From Bacteroidia bacterium (GTDB lineage: Bacteria; Bacteroidota; Bacteroidia; SpSt-205), in NCBI GenBank assembly GCA_039630325.1, contig JBCNVG010000029.1, forward strand, positions 17,094-81,093: DNA of 64,000 nucleotides. Reading direction: 5' to 3'. Below are positions 1 to 9,981 of the stretch, in pieces (within the stretch, counting starts at the first letter, position 1; each line of letters begins with the position of its first letter). The notes below the pieces were generated by a model. The model ran no database searches and was not told where the DNA came from. It saw only the letters and a program-made list of their open reading frames with translations. Position numbers and translations under genes: made by a program.

Positions 1-137
1 AATCAACATTTTTTTGAGGCGAACAAAAGTATTAAATTTCATCGCAGGGAAAGTAAGTTTCGAGTCCCTGAGCCCTGAGGCAGTTTATAGAAATCATTGC
101 CCTGAGATGGGGTGCTTGTATTATATTTGCCGAGCCT

Positions 138-962
138 ATGAAACGTTTCAATCTCTGCATCACGATATTTATTCTGAGCATTTTGAGCTGGTTTTCTGGA
201 AGTAGCCTTCTAACTGCCCAAGTGACGGTTATGCGAATCTCTAAACAAAGGGCTTATCAGCTAGGAGCTCCGATGAGTAAGGTCCAGCTTATGCCTATTG
301 CTGGGCTTCAAGTGAGACGGTCGGTCGTTCAGAATGATATATACAATACCTGGGATACCTTGAAGACCTATGCATTTACTTTGGGTGGACAGAAAATAAT
401 TGTAGAAGAAAAAGACTTTGGGGAGCAGGCATATAGAGCCTCCCCAAAAGGGCAAACTTATTTAGGTAATCAACCTATTGTAGTTTTCAGCGTGGCTGGA
501 TGGGAGTGGGCAGGAACAGAGATATACTACAATCCTCGTAAAAAGCCTGTATCTTATAGACCAGGTTTGGAGCCCTACCTATACAGAATAGGGAATAGGA
601 TATATGGGGTAGCAGAGCTCCTTGACAGAGCCTTAAGTGTATTTGATCTCGGTCCTGATAATCAAGTGCGTCATTTCATCGTATCCCTATTTCCTGAAAG
701 GTACCACGACCCTTCTTTTAAGTCACCTTTTGACGAAGATGTATGGGTGGGGCCCTCTGCGTTCGGATCTAATATTTTAGGGAATGCTGACATATGGTAT
801 GTCAAGGATAACCCCAACTGCATAATCCTCCACATGAAGGAAAGGCCTCAAGACAGAGAAATTCGCCAATCCATGTCCAGCTACTCTGGCAGAACAACTT
901 CAATCCCCACCGAGTCTTTTTATCTCATCTGCTGGACCGCCCGAGATATGAAGATGGAGTAA
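138..962 (+). CDS. Hypothetical secreted protein (N-terminal signal peptide), 274 aa
   Basis: Long ORF with hydrophobic N-terminal signal-like segment (MKRFNLCITIFILSILSWFSGSSLLTAQ). No recognisable catalytic motif. Confidence 0.45.
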   Translation: MKRFNLCITIFILSILSWFSGSSLLTAQVTVMRISKQRAYQLGAPMSKVQLMPIAGLQVRRSVVQNDIYNTWDTLKTYAFTLGGQKIIVEEKDFGEQAYRASPKGQTYLGNQPIVVFSVAGWEWAGTEIYYNPRKKPVSYRPGLEPYLYRIGNRIYGVAELLDRALSVFDLGPDNQVRHFIVSLFPERYHDPSFKSPFDEDVWVGPSAFGSNILGNADIWYVKDNPNCIILHMKERPQDREIRQSMSSYSGRTTSIPTESFYLICWTARDMKME

Positions 963-1104
963 GGAGACAATGTTTCCCAACAATAATGATAGTTTGCCGA
1001 TGTGCTTGGGCGCAAAAGTAAGTCACTATTTAGAATAGCCCTCCAAGGAAAGAAGCGTTTTGAGCTATTTTGATTCCTTGGTCTACTTTTGTATGTAAAG
1101 TATT

Positions 1105-1842
1105 ATGCGAGTCCTTTTTCGGGGAATGAGGGCAGGAGAAGTAGCGATAATCTTCGTGGCTTTCTCTCTGCTAAGTGCTCAATCTGTTTCTAAAAGCCAC
1201 TATAGAGTGGAAGTTTATGGTCGCCATGAAATGTATCCTGGGCAGTTTCCGATGTCTTCCGCATTTCCGGCAGCAAGTTCGGGTACTATTGTACCTACTG
1301 GATGGGGATTTGGCGGCATGTATATCTATGAGATCCGAAACCATTTCCAGCTGGAAGGAGGGTTTAGCTTAGAGCGTTGGAAGAAGTTATATGCCAAAGC
1401 AGGGGAGGAGTTAGAGGGTTTTACTTATTTAGGCGCTTGGCGCTCACCGCCTGTACCATACGAGACTCACTATCAAGGTCAGGTTATCAAACTGCGGATA
1501 GGTGGAGCTGTGGAAGTGGGCACTAAGCTACGCTCGCGTCTGAGTGCAGGCTTGAATTTAGGCAGTTATGAGGCATATTTCGGTTCTGCCTCTGGTAGCC
1601 AGCGCTATTCTGATGCTGTCTTTGGTATTAGCACTGGTTATTATTTACGATTTGACTTAGGCTTGCCTATCAAGAGTCGGGATATAGTACTGATGACTCC
1701 TTCGCTATTTGCAGCTTTGGATCACTTGGCTGTTCTCAATACCACTTTTAAGGATTTCTTATGGGTAGGTGTGAATCATTCTGTTAGCGGACAGCTTTTC
1801 GGGGTGGGGGGATACCGCGTAGGAGTTGCTCTCACCTTTTGA
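1105..1842 (+). CDS. Putative outer-membrane beta-barrel protein, 245 aa
   Basis: Signal-like N-terminus, alternating aromatic/Gly-rich strands, C-terminal Phe (…GVALTF) typical of OM beta-barrels. Confidence 0.45.
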   Translation: MRVLFRGMRAGEVAIIFVAFSLLSAQSVSKSHYRVEVYGRHEMYPGQFPMSSAFPAASSGTIVPTGWGFGGMYIYEIRNHFQLEGGFSLERWKKLYAKAGEELEGFTYLGAWRSPPVPYETHYQGQVIKLRIGGAVEVGTKLRSRLSAGLNLGSYEAYFGSASGSQRYSDAVFGISTGYYLRFDLGLPIKSRDIVLMTPSLFAALDHLAVLNTTFKDFLWVGVNHSVSGQLFGVGGYRVGVALTF

Positions 1843-1900
1843 GACGCTACGATGGTATGGCTGATAACATATTCTGCAACTGGGCTTATCGCTGAGGTGC

Positions 1901-2452
1901 CTAAGGCGAAATTAGCCTATCAAGTGGAAGTTTAGTGGAAGTGCGCCGAAGCTCCCCCTGCATAGATATCCGTCCTTTTTGATTATCAGCGGTAATCTCT
2001 ATATCCCAAGAAAAGTCCATGGTTTCTGACCCTGAGAGCTTGCCCGTGATAGAAAATTCCGACAGTTCAGCTGCTTTGCCAGCCATTAGTCCAAGTAGGG
2101 TGAAAAGCGGAGAAAGCTTCTCTCTATTTTCTTCTCGTACGACAAACTTGTTTCCCCGAATGTCTGCTGTAAGTGGCATAGACTTATACAATACGATGAC
2201 GCTTTTTGCATTGTCTGGATCAGGCAGAATACCTATCTTAATTGACTTTTCGTACTCTTTGGCTTCCTTGCCGGGCTGCTTTTCCTGAACTTGGACAGTT
2301 CCTTCCCATTCGCCTGCGAAGTCGGCTGGCGTGGCTGTAGAGCAGCTTTGCAGGATGAAAACCAAGGTGGCGAAACCTAAGGTCCTCAGTACTCTTTTAT
2401 TGTATAGGCTGAGCATAGAAGCAAAGTTAGCTTTTATAACTTGATTACCCAC
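1901..2452 (-). CDS. Hypothetical lipoprotein, 183 aa
   Basis: ORF with signal peptide followed by Cys (…ILQSCSTA). Overlaps the upstream OMP gene by 1 nt, suggesting an operon. Confidence 0.4.
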   Translation of the reverse strand: MGNQVIKANFASMLSLYNKRVLRTLGFATLVFILQSCSTATPADFAGEWEGTVQVQEKQPGKEAKEYEKSIKIGILPDPDNAKSVIVLYKSMPLTADIRGNKFVVREENREKLSPLFTLLGLMAGKAAELSEFSITGKLSGSETMDFSWDIEITADNQKGRISMQGELRRTSTKLPLDRLISP

Positions 2453-3108
2453 TAATCCCGAAGGGAGTCGTCATACCAATAGGAGAGAGTCATGAGTAAG
2501 CCGTAGTTGTGCCAGCGCTGAAAGACTCCGCCGCCCAAGTTATTTATTCCATGCCAAAACCGTAATCCTGCGGTGAGATAGCCTGGGCCGGCGAGATAGC
2601 CTGCGGCTATGCCCAGATTGAAAGCAAGCTCACCCCTGCGAACGTCGCGGGCTTCTCCTTTCCCGAACTGGACTCGGCGGGTTTGCTCTTCTCCGGTGAG
2701 ATTATCTTTACGCCAGTATTTACCATAGATGAGAATGCTTGAAGAAGGCCCAGCCTCTAAAAATAGCGCTTCAAACTTCCGCATCCAGCGCCATACGCCC
2801 AAAACCGCAAGGTCTGCACTCCATAGATTGTACCTATAATCGTACAGCAGGTTTCGATCCGTAGAGCGGCGCTGAGTCATGCCGATTTCACCTTGGATAG
2901 CCCACTGTCCCCGAGAACTTAGAAGTTGCTGGATGCCTAAGGCCCCATGAAATCCACCGCCCCAGTATGAGCGAGAAACTACATCTTCTGCTCTCGTCCG
3001 ATATTGCCCCCAGTTAATACCTAGCCGAGGAGCATAGAGGATACTCTTACTCTTCTGAGCCTGCAAGAGACTTAGCAAGCAGGCCATCGTAAAAATGCGC
3101 ATATACAA
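2452..3108 (-). CDS. Putative porin-like outer-membrane beta-barrel protein, 218 aa
   Basis: Signal peptide (MYMRIFTMACLLSLLQAQ), Tyr/Trp/Gly-rich amphipathic strands, ends in aromatic-rich segment. Confidence 0.45.
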   Translation of the reverse strand: MYMRIFTMACLLSLLQAQKSKSILYAPRLGINWGQYRTRAEDVVSRSYWGGGFHGALGIQQLLSSRGQWAIQGEIGMTQRRSTDRNLLYDYRYNLWSADLAVLGVWRWMRKFEALFLEAGPSSSILIYGKYWRKDNLTGEEQTRRVQFGKGEARDVRRGELAFNLGIAAGYLAGPGYLTAGLRFWHGINNLGGGVFQRWHNYGLLMTLSYWYDDSLRD

Positions 3109-3578
3109 AAGTATGCCTTACTCCTTTTTTGTGAGCAACATAAAACGAGATTCTAAATCTGCTTCGACAAAAAGGGGGTTCTAAAACTTGACTTATTCAG
3201 AATCCAAGAACTTAGCATGCTATGCTTAGCCGTGAGAGAGTATGAGCCCATCCATAGACTTCTATTCATTGTAAGAGAAAGCAGGAGCCCCTCAGTTTCC
3301 AGAATATAAGTTCCAATGTGCCTCTCCTTATTAGCTTTCACCTCTCGCCACTACATCACTTGACCGAAATGATGCCCTAAGCCATAGGGGGCATGAGCGG
3401 AGGACCAAAAAAAAAATGACGATCTGAGATTGAAAAAAGGGCAACGAAATTGGGGCGCTCGAATAAAATGTAAAAGAAGCACTCCTACCTTCTTATTAGC
3501 TTATCATATGAAATACCCTTCAAAAGTAGGATCCACTTTTAGCTCACTAAGTCCCACAGAGAGCAAGGAGGGGAGAGA

Positions 3579-3911
3579 TTATTCCTTCTTCTTTTTCTTC
3601 GAGTCATCCTTGGAACTGGATGACTCAGCAGGGCATGTATTGATGCCAAAAAGGTAGTAAAGTCCGCATCGCCCTACTATCCCTGTTAGGAATAGGAGAC
3701 CGCCAGGGATGGCAAGCCACCACATCTTAGTAAGAACTGCTGCTCCGATTAAGCCTGCTCCTACTACTAACCGAATAATCCTGTCTACTGTGCCTACATT
3801 TCGGAAAAGCTTTATGGGAAGGAGCAGCCCATACAGAATTGTACCACCCGTAACTACAGCAGGAATCACCTTTTCCAGCAGGGAGAGTGTGCTGTTGTCA
3901 TGCAGTGCCAT
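3579..3911 (-). CDS. DUF2892/YgaP-like small membrane protein. The ORF extends to 4106 but the start is probably the internal Met.
   Basis: Two hydrophobic helices ending in the G-x-C-x-x-Y…CP motif (VGRCGLYYLFGINTCP) characteristic of DUF2892, followed by a Lys-rich tail. Confidence 0.5.
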   Translation of the reverse strand: MALHDNSTLSLLEKVIPAVVTGGTILYGLLLPIKLFRNVGTVDRIIRLVVGAGLIGAAVLTKMWWLAIPGGLLFLTGIVGRCGLYYLFGINTCPAESSSSKDDSKKKKKE

Positions 3912-4275
3912 ATTTTCATAAAAAACAAATACTCGTACCAAAAAGTTTCCAAACTTTCTGCCTGCTGATTGTACTTCGAGGGCTATTCTGCCAACACTGA
4001 GCGAAGTTTTGAATAGGTGGCGGCTATGCAGCCCCAGGAGAAATATGGAAATCGAGGAAGAGATAGCTGATTTGACGCTGACTGAGCTCTTTGGACTAAT
4101 GCACAAAAAACAAGGGATAGCGATAGCTTATATACCACTTAGGGCGGGGGGCAACTTGAAATACCATACTCTTTGCAGAAATGCAGTGTGTTCCTCAAAG
4201 CCTTCTTCTCCCTTACTAAGCGCCTGGAATGCAAACCAAGAAGGATAGGTTCGGAGACTTCAAGATGCCTTTTGA

Positions 4276-5850
4276 TCACAGAGCGAGTACCACTAAGAGC
4301 ACATCGTCTGTTTGCTCAATAGCTTCCGTTTTCCAAGAATGCCATCGCTGGAGAAGGAGACGAGTCTGGGCTCTGGGATCTGAGATCAGAGGGGCGCAGT
4401 CGGGCAGCCAAGACAGGAACGTTTTACGACTGAGCCGTTTCCCATTGGCGCCGAGTTGGTCGGTAATACCGTCAGTGAATAGGAAAAGAGAGCCTTCCTC
4501 AGGGTAGGGTATGGCTTCGGTGAAATAGATCTCAGGCGGTTGCCCAGGCACAGACCAACCAATACCTCGGCGCCCTTGCAGAAGTTCTTTTAGCGTTCCA
4601 TCTGAGTACAAGATATAAGCTGGACGTCCAGCCGTAGCTACATACAGGTGTCTCCTGCTCTTTGTAAGAGGTAGAGCTACTAGTGCCACTTCGGCACCCT
4701 CATTAGAGAGTTGACCCCCCAGTTGCACTTCCCAGATTTCCGCTGCTTCTTGTCGAGCAGCTTCTAAGGCTGTGTGTAGCTGTTCTGGGGATGAAAGCTG
4801 CATGAGATGCTGATGTAAGATGGACTGAATAGTTACCGCCAGGAGGGCTCCACTACTTCCATGTCCCGTGGCGTCTCCGATTCCCACATATAGCCAATCT
4901 CCCACCTGACGACAGAGTATAAAATCTCCCCCTACATACGCACAGGCCCGAGCCACGACAGAGACGCGGTCGTAGCCCCAAGTTTCATACAGGGCTTTGG
5001 TACGAAAAAGGATAGCGCGCTGGTATCTCTGAGCTGCTTTGAGAGACTCTTCCAACTCACTACGGCGAGTTTCTACCTCGCGAAGAGCCGCATTCAGAGC
5101 CTCATTGACTGAGGCCAGTTCTTCCTGGTTTTGCCTGAGTTCTTCCGCCTGTACCTGGAGCTCTTGGTAAGCTTCCATCAGACTTTTCTCCTGCTCCTTT
5201 TCGCGGGTAATATCAATGATCCCTATAATAATCCCCTCTATTGAGGGAGATTTGAATGGAAAGGCTCGCACAAGCCAATAGCTTGAAATGCCAGGACGAG
5301 GAATCTCAATAATCTCCTGAACCGCTTGACGAGAGTCTCGGGCAGATTCAATCAGAGTCTCAACTTGTGGAGTAGCATCACCAAAAATGTCCCTGATAGA
5401 AAGTCCCTCATATAGCCGCTTAAGAGGTAAGCGAGCTATCTCTAAAAGGAGGTTGTTGGCAAATGTGATTTGATTGATTCTCTCAGTATCAGTGGTGCTT
5501 ACAACGAAGAGAGGGAGGGGTACATTCTGAACGAAGGCGTGGAGCTGCTCCCGCAAGTATTTAGCTTCGGCTTGAGCTTTCTCTAACCGCTGAATAACAT
5601 CATAGTAAGCCTCAGCAGGTAGGAGAAAAAAAGTCTCGGTCTTTTCTGTCTCTTCTACAATATACTTTGCCCAAATTCTTTCCTCCTCATGGAGGAAGTC
5701 CCATGCGGGCATTTGTAAAGCCGCTTCCCGGATCGGAGCCGGCAGGGCATCCCACGCTTCGTTGCGCAAGAGCACTTTACCTTCGTGTTTGTCCCACTGG
5801 ACCCCTGGAAAGGGTACTTTTAGAGAAGAAGAGGCCTTGAATAAGAGCAT
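4276..5850 (-). CDS. PP2C/SpoIIE-family serine phosphatase (RsbU-like) with N-terminal sensor-like region and coiled coil, 524 aa
   Basis: C-terminal half carries SpoIIE/PP2C signatures (GDATGHG…, FLFTDGITD). Central heptad-rich coiled coil and a PAS-like N-terminal segment. Confidence 0.65.
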   Translation of the reverse strand: MLLFKASSSLKVPFPGVQWDKHEGKVLLRNEAWDALPAPIREAALQMPAWDFLHEEERIWAKYIVEETEKTETFFLLPAEAYYDVIQRLEKAQAEAKYLREQLHAFVQNVPLPLFVVSTTDTERINQITFANNLLLEIARLPLKRLYEGLSIRDIFGDATPQVETLIESARDSRQAVQEIIEIPRPGISSYWLVRAFPFKSPSIEGIIIGIIDITREKEQEKSLMEAYQELQVQAEELRQNQEELASVNEALNAALREVETRRSELEESLKAAQRYQRAILFRTKALYETWGYDRVSVVARACAYVGGDFILCRQVGDWLYVGIGDATGHGSSGALLAVTIQSILHQHLMQLSSPEQLHTALEAARQEAAEIWEVQLGGQLSNEGAEVALVALPLTKSRRHLYVATAGRPAYILYSDGTLKELLQGRRGIGWSVPGQPPEIYFTEAIPYPEEGSLFLFTDGITDQLGANGKRLSRKTFLSWLPDCAPLISDPRAQTRLLLQRWHSWKTEAIEQTDDVLLVVLAL

Positions 5851-5859
5851 ATGCCTATT

Positions 5860-6516
5860 CTATCCGCCCATTTGAGCGATGAGTTGTCGAAGGCCTTCCA
5901 AGCTTTTAGGGGTAGAGATTTCTGCGAGAATTTCCAGAGTCACCATATTATCCACCACGATACTGCCATCTTCCGTCTCGAGGCTCCAGGTAAGCCCCCA
6001 TTCTCGTCTGTCTATCTGGCCAGTAAGATGAAAGCTTGCCCGAGGCTCTCCTGCCATGTCTTTCAGCACCAACCCTTTGAGTTCCCCTTCTAACTGGATC
6101 CGCCGAGTGATACCTTTCATAGTCAGATCTCCTTCTAACACAAAGCGTTTGAGGGGACGCCATCGAATGGCGGTGCTGCGAAAGGTTATAGTAGGGTACT
6201 TCTCAACATCAAAGAAATCTGGACTGCGCAGGTAAGCATCGCGAGTAGGTATGTCGGTTTCTATGCTGGCTGCCTCTATTTCTACTTCTACTTGGAGGTC
6301 GGTAAAGGCAGGAGAACTCCCTTTCACCTTGGCTGTGTAGCGCTTGAAACGGCCCGCAACTTCTACGAGGCCCATATGCATGACTCGGAACCCAATAGTT
6401 GTGTGAAATGGGTCCAGCTCCCAGTGCGTTAGACGCGGGAAGGCATTAGCCTTCTGCTCAATCTGACGCAGCTTTCTGTTAGATAGCCCCAGCCAGTTGA
6501 GAATGCGACTTAGCAT
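5860..6516 (-). CDS. YceI-family periplasmic polyisoprenoid-binding protein
   Basis: WELDPFHTTIGFRVMHMGLVEVAGRFKRY matches the YceI signature (W.lD..HS.v.F.v.H.g.s.v.G.F). Confidence 0.7.
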   Translation of the reverse strand: MLSRILNWLGLSNRKLRQIEQKANAFPRLTHWELDPFHTTIGFRVMHMGLVEVAGRFKRYTAKVKGSSPAFTDLQVEVEIEAASIETDIPTRDAYLRSPDFFDVEKYPTITFRSTAIRWRPLKRFVLEGDLTMKGITRRIQLEGELKGLVLKDMAGEPRASFHLTGQIDRREWGLTWSLETEDGSIVVDNMVTLEILAEISTPKSLEGLRQLIAQMGG

Positions 6517-6622
6517 AGTAGTACGAGTTCGGTGAGAGTATTTGTTCTCGGTGAGATACTGGTCTCATATAGCAAAGGTACTATAAAGTGAGGGTTAAAG
6601 TAAGGAGAGGGAGCATATATCT

Positions 6623-8911
6623 TTGTCTTTGGTGCGAGTAATAGCCATATTGGGGGTGATTTGGGCGCAGGGTACCATCCGAGGCTCAGTAATAAATAGC
6701 GAAGGTGAGGCCGTGGTAGGGGCGCAGGTCGTAGTGTTTCCTCTACAAAAAGGGACTCTAACGAATGCCGACGGACTATTCTCCATCACTGGACTTCCAT
6801 ATGGCAAGTATCGTGTGCGAGTGTCGGCGATCGGCATAGATACGCTATGGCGAGAAGTGGAAGTCACCTCTCGTCGGCCTGTCGTCACTGTGAAACTCCA
6901 GCCCACCGTGAGTGCTATTGCTTTAGAGGCTGTGGAAATCGTAGAGAGCGTCGCCCCAGCTCGGATCGACCCTACTCGGGTGACAGTAGCGGTTACCCCC
7001 ATATCACCCAGGCAGGTACTGCAGCTGCCGAGTTTTGGCGTACCCGATGTAGCGCAGTATCTACAAGTCCTGCCAGGGGTAGTCTTTACAGGGGATCAAG
7101 GGGGACAGCTTTATATCCGCGGAGGTACGCCGATTCAAAATCTCACTCTACTGGATGGAGCGATTGTATACAGCCCCTTTCATACTCTGTCGCTTTTTAG
7201 CATTTTTGAGACGGATATTCTGCGTCAAGTGAATGTGTACTCGGCGGGCTTTGGGGCCGAATATGGGGGGCGAATCTCATCAGTGATAGACCTGCGTACG
7301 CGCTCAGGAGACTTCGAGCAGCTCGGAGGGCGTCTGTATTTGACTCCATTTGTAAGTGGTGGCGTGGTAGAAGGGCCTCTGCCCTTCCCGAGAAACGCCT
7401 CATGGCTGTTTTCGGCACGACAGGGATACATCCAGCAAGCGGTTCCTCGGCTCTACCCCTATGTGCGGGACTCTTTACCCTTTCAGTTTCAGGATTTGTA
7501 TGGCAAAGTCACCTTCGGGCGCGGGCCAGATCAGGTTAATGTCTGGAGCTTTCGGCAAACGGACCGGACTGACTTAGGAACAAACGGCATCAATCTCTGG
7601 GAACAGTGGGGCGCTGGCCTCAACTTTTCTACCTTGCCTGCCCATACCCGCGTGCGTATCACGGGGAACTTAGCCTACACCCGCTTCTCCAATACCTTTG
7701 AGGATCCACGGGAGCTGCGCCCACGCTATAGTGAGATTGGAGGGTTCAATGGCGGCTTTACATTCTCCTACCTTTTCGGACCTGATGAGGTAGCTTATAG
7801 CGTGGATGTGCGGGGATTTTCTACGGATTTCTTATTCACAAATGCCCTGGGTTTCATCACGCAGCAGCGCCAGAGCAATACAGAGGTGGCTGGATGGGTA
7901 AAGTATGTGAAGACTTTTCGCGAGGAGAGCATAGACGAGCGGGGAAATCTCCACTTTCGCACCCGTGCAGTGATCGAGCCCAGCCTCAGGCTCCACTTCT
8001 ACAATACTTACGGGTATCTTTCCATAGAGCCCCGTCTGCGTGCTAAATACAATGGTAGCCGATGGAGCCTTCAAGCGGCGGCTGGCCGATATGTGCAAAA
8101 CTGGGTAGCTGCGGTCTCTGATAGGGATGTAGTTATTCTCTTCCAGGGATTCCTAACGGCTCCAGAGCTCCCAGCGAATAAACAGCTTAGACACCCTCTC
8201 CAAGAAGCTTACCACTTCACCGCTGGGGGAGAATACCAGTTGGGTAACTGGCTCCTGAGTGTAGAGGGATGGTATAAGCGATTTACCCAGCTCACCATCA
8301 TCAATCGGGAGCGTCTTTTTCCAGAAGATCCTGCCTTCCTTACGGAGATTGGGTACGCTTATGGAGCTGATTGGACGGTTCGGTATCAGAGCTCGCGCTG
8401 GAGCATACATGGCACTTATAGCTACCAGTATAATCGGCGTAAGGATTTTCGCATAGAGTACTTTCCTCTATGGGATCGACGGCACACCGCTAATCTGCTT
8501 ATGAGCTACCGCTGGGGTGGGCGATTATTTACCCGTAGGCATACGGAAACCGTCTGGGAAGCTTCGCTGCGCTGGACCTTAGGTTCTGGGCTGCCTTTCA
8601 CTCAGACAATGGGCTTTTTTGAAAAGCTCCTGCTCCTTCAAGGCTCCCAAACGCCCTACATCACGCTACAAGGCCAACTGGCTATCTTACTCAGCCCTAA
8701 CTACAATGCCGCTCGTCTACCCGCTTACCATCGGTTAGACTTTACGGTGAAGCGGCGATGGCGCTTAGGTTCAGCCCTCCTCTTAGAAGCTAACTTTACC
8801 CTACTCAATGCCTACAATCGCCCCAATCTCTTTTACGTAGACCGCATCAGCGCCAAGCGCTACAATCAGCTGCCCATTCTGCCCACCCTTGGAGTGACGG
8901 CATGGTGGTGA
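6623..8911 (+). CDS. TonB-dependent outer-membrane receptor with N-terminal carboxypeptidase-regulatory-like domain, 762 aa (TTG start in ORF track)
   Basis: CarbopepD_reg-like N-terminus (GTIRGSVINSEGEAVVGAQVVV…ADGLFSITGLPYGKYRV). Plug-like region (…QVLPGVVFTGDQGGQLYIRGG). Long beta-barrel ending in aromatic residue (TAWW). No SusD gene follows. Confidence 0.8.
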   Translation: MSLVRVIAILGVIWAQGTIRGSVINSEGEAVVGAQVVVFPLQKGTLTNADGLFSITGLPYGKYRVRVSAIGIDTLWREVEVTSRRPVVTVKLQPTVSAIALEAVEIVESVAPARIDPTRVTVAVTPISPRQVLQLPSFGVPDVAQYLQVLPGVVFTGDQGGQLYIRGGTPIQNLTLLDGAIVYSPFHTLSLFSIFETDILRQVNVYSAGFGAEYGGRISSVIDLRTRSGDFEQLGGRLYLTPFVSGGVVEGPLPFPRNASWLFSARQGYIQQAVPRLYPYVRDSLPFQFQDLYGKVTFGRGPDQVNVWSFRQTDRTDLGTNGINLWEQWGAGLNFSTLPAHTRVRITGNLAYTRFSNTFEDPRELRPRYSEIGGFNGGFTFSYLFGPDEVAYSVDVRGFSTDFLFTNALGFITQQRQSNTEVAGWVKYVKTFREESIDERGNLHFRTRAVIEPSLRLHFYNTYGYLSIEPRLRAKYNGSRWSLQAAAGRYVQNWVAAVSDRDVVILFQGFLTAPELPANKQLRHPLQEAYHFTAGGEYQLGNWLLSVEGWYKRFTQLTIINRERLFPEDPAFLTEIGYAYGADWTVRYQSSRWSIHGTYSYQYNRRKDFRIEYFPLWDRRHTANLLMSYRWGGRLFTRRHTETVWEASLRWTLGSGLPFTQTMGFFEKLLLLQGSQTPYITLQGQLAILLSPNYNAARLPAYHRLDFTVKRRWRLGSALLLEANFTLLNAYNRPNLFYVDRISAKRYNQLPILPTLGVTAWW

Positions 8912-8969
8912 GTTTGTTGTATGGAGGAAGTTTCATTCCAAAGATACCTTCGGCGGTTACCTTTGTTGT

Positions 8970-9962
8970 GTGATACGCGTAGTCGTGCCGGTAGCGGGAG
9001 CAGGCCAGCACCTTCGCCCTCATACCTACACTCAACCCAAACCCCTCATCCCGATCGCTGGAAAACCGTTGATTGCCCACATTGTGGATGAGCTAATCCA
9101 AGCAGGTTTCACAGAGTTTGTGTTTGTCTTAGGCTATCTGAGTGAGAAAGTCCGCGGTTATCTTCTCCAAGCGTATGAGGAGAAAATAGAAATGGGGTTT
9201 GTGTACCAGGAGCCGCGTTTGGGGTTAGCTCATGCTATTTCTCTGACGCACTCCTATTTCGCTCAGGGGGAGTCTATGATGATTGTGCTAGGGGATACGA
9301 TCTTGCGCACCGACTGGACTCAGGTGCAACAAAGCCCCCAAAGCTTAATAGGAATCGCTTCGGTGGACCGGCCGTCTGATTTTGGGATCGCAGAAGTCTC
9401 CAAGGAGGGGGTGATCCTACGAGTGGTGGAGAAGCCACGCATCCCTCGCAGCAATCAAGCACTGGTAGGCCTCTACCTTATTCATGAGACGCCGCAGCTT
9501 TTTCAGGCTATCAGTTATCTCATGGAAAATCATCTCACCTCCCACGGTGAATATCAGCTCACTGACGCCCTCCAGAGGATGATAGAAATGGGTGTCTCTC
9601 TCCGAGCTTTGCCGGTGGAGTACTGGTTAGATTGTGAGAAGAAAGAGACCCTTTTAGCCGCTAATCGGCTTCTCTTAGATAGAATGCCATCGGAGCCTCT
9701 GCCAGAATATCCCCATACAGTGATTATACCGCCTGTGTACATTCCACCCTCCTGCAAGCTCTATAGAGCGATTGTAGGGCCCTATGTCAGCTTAGGAGAA
9801 GGGGTGGAGATTCAAAATACTCTGGTACAGGATAGCATTATCGGTTCGTATAGCCGAGTTCGAAACATGCTCTTGCGTGAATCCGTCATAGGGGGCGATG
9901 CACTACTGGTAGGGCGCGAAGGGGCCCTCAACCTTGGGGAAAATACCGTCATAGAGCTATAA
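8970..9962 (+). CDS. Sugar-phosphate nucleotidyltransferase with C-terminal left-handed beta-helix (GlmU/RmlA-like), 330 aa
   Basis: N-terminal nucleotidyltransferase motif (VVPVAGAGQHLRP…KPLIPIAGKPLI). C-terminal hexapeptide-like repeats. Confidence 0.6.
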   Translation: MIRVVVPVAGAGQHLRPHTYTQPKPLIPIAGKPLIAHIVDELIQAGFTEFVFVLGYLSEKVRGYLLQAYEEKIEMGFVYQEPRLGLAHAISLTHSYFAQGESMMIVLGDTILRTDWTQVQQSPQSLIGIASVDRPSDFGIAEVSKEGVILRVVEKPRIPRSNQALVGLYLIHETPQLFQAISYLMENHLTSHGEYQLTDALQRMIEMGVSLRALPVEYWLDCEKKETLLAANRLLLDRMPSEPLPEYPHTVIIPPVYIPPSCKLYRAIVGPYVSLGEGVEIQNTLVQDSIIGSYSRVRNMLLRESVIGGDALLVGREGALNLGENTVIEL

Positions 9963-9981
9963 GGGCGGTTACCTTTGTGCC

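Noticed and set aside
61-115. A CTGAGA…GGGGTGC element upstream of the first ORF that superficially resembles a TPP riboswitch core
   Set aside because: The order and spacing of the motifs are wrong for a THI element. The downstream gene is a hypothetical secreted protein, not a thiamine gene. I cannot build the P1-P5 pairing by eye.
6595-7431. Several ORFs of 70-135 aa on both strands inside the TonB-dependent receptor gene
   Set aside because: They are fully nested in a much longer, motif-supported gene and have biased Arg/Ser/Ala composition typical of off-frame translations of GC-rich coding DNA.
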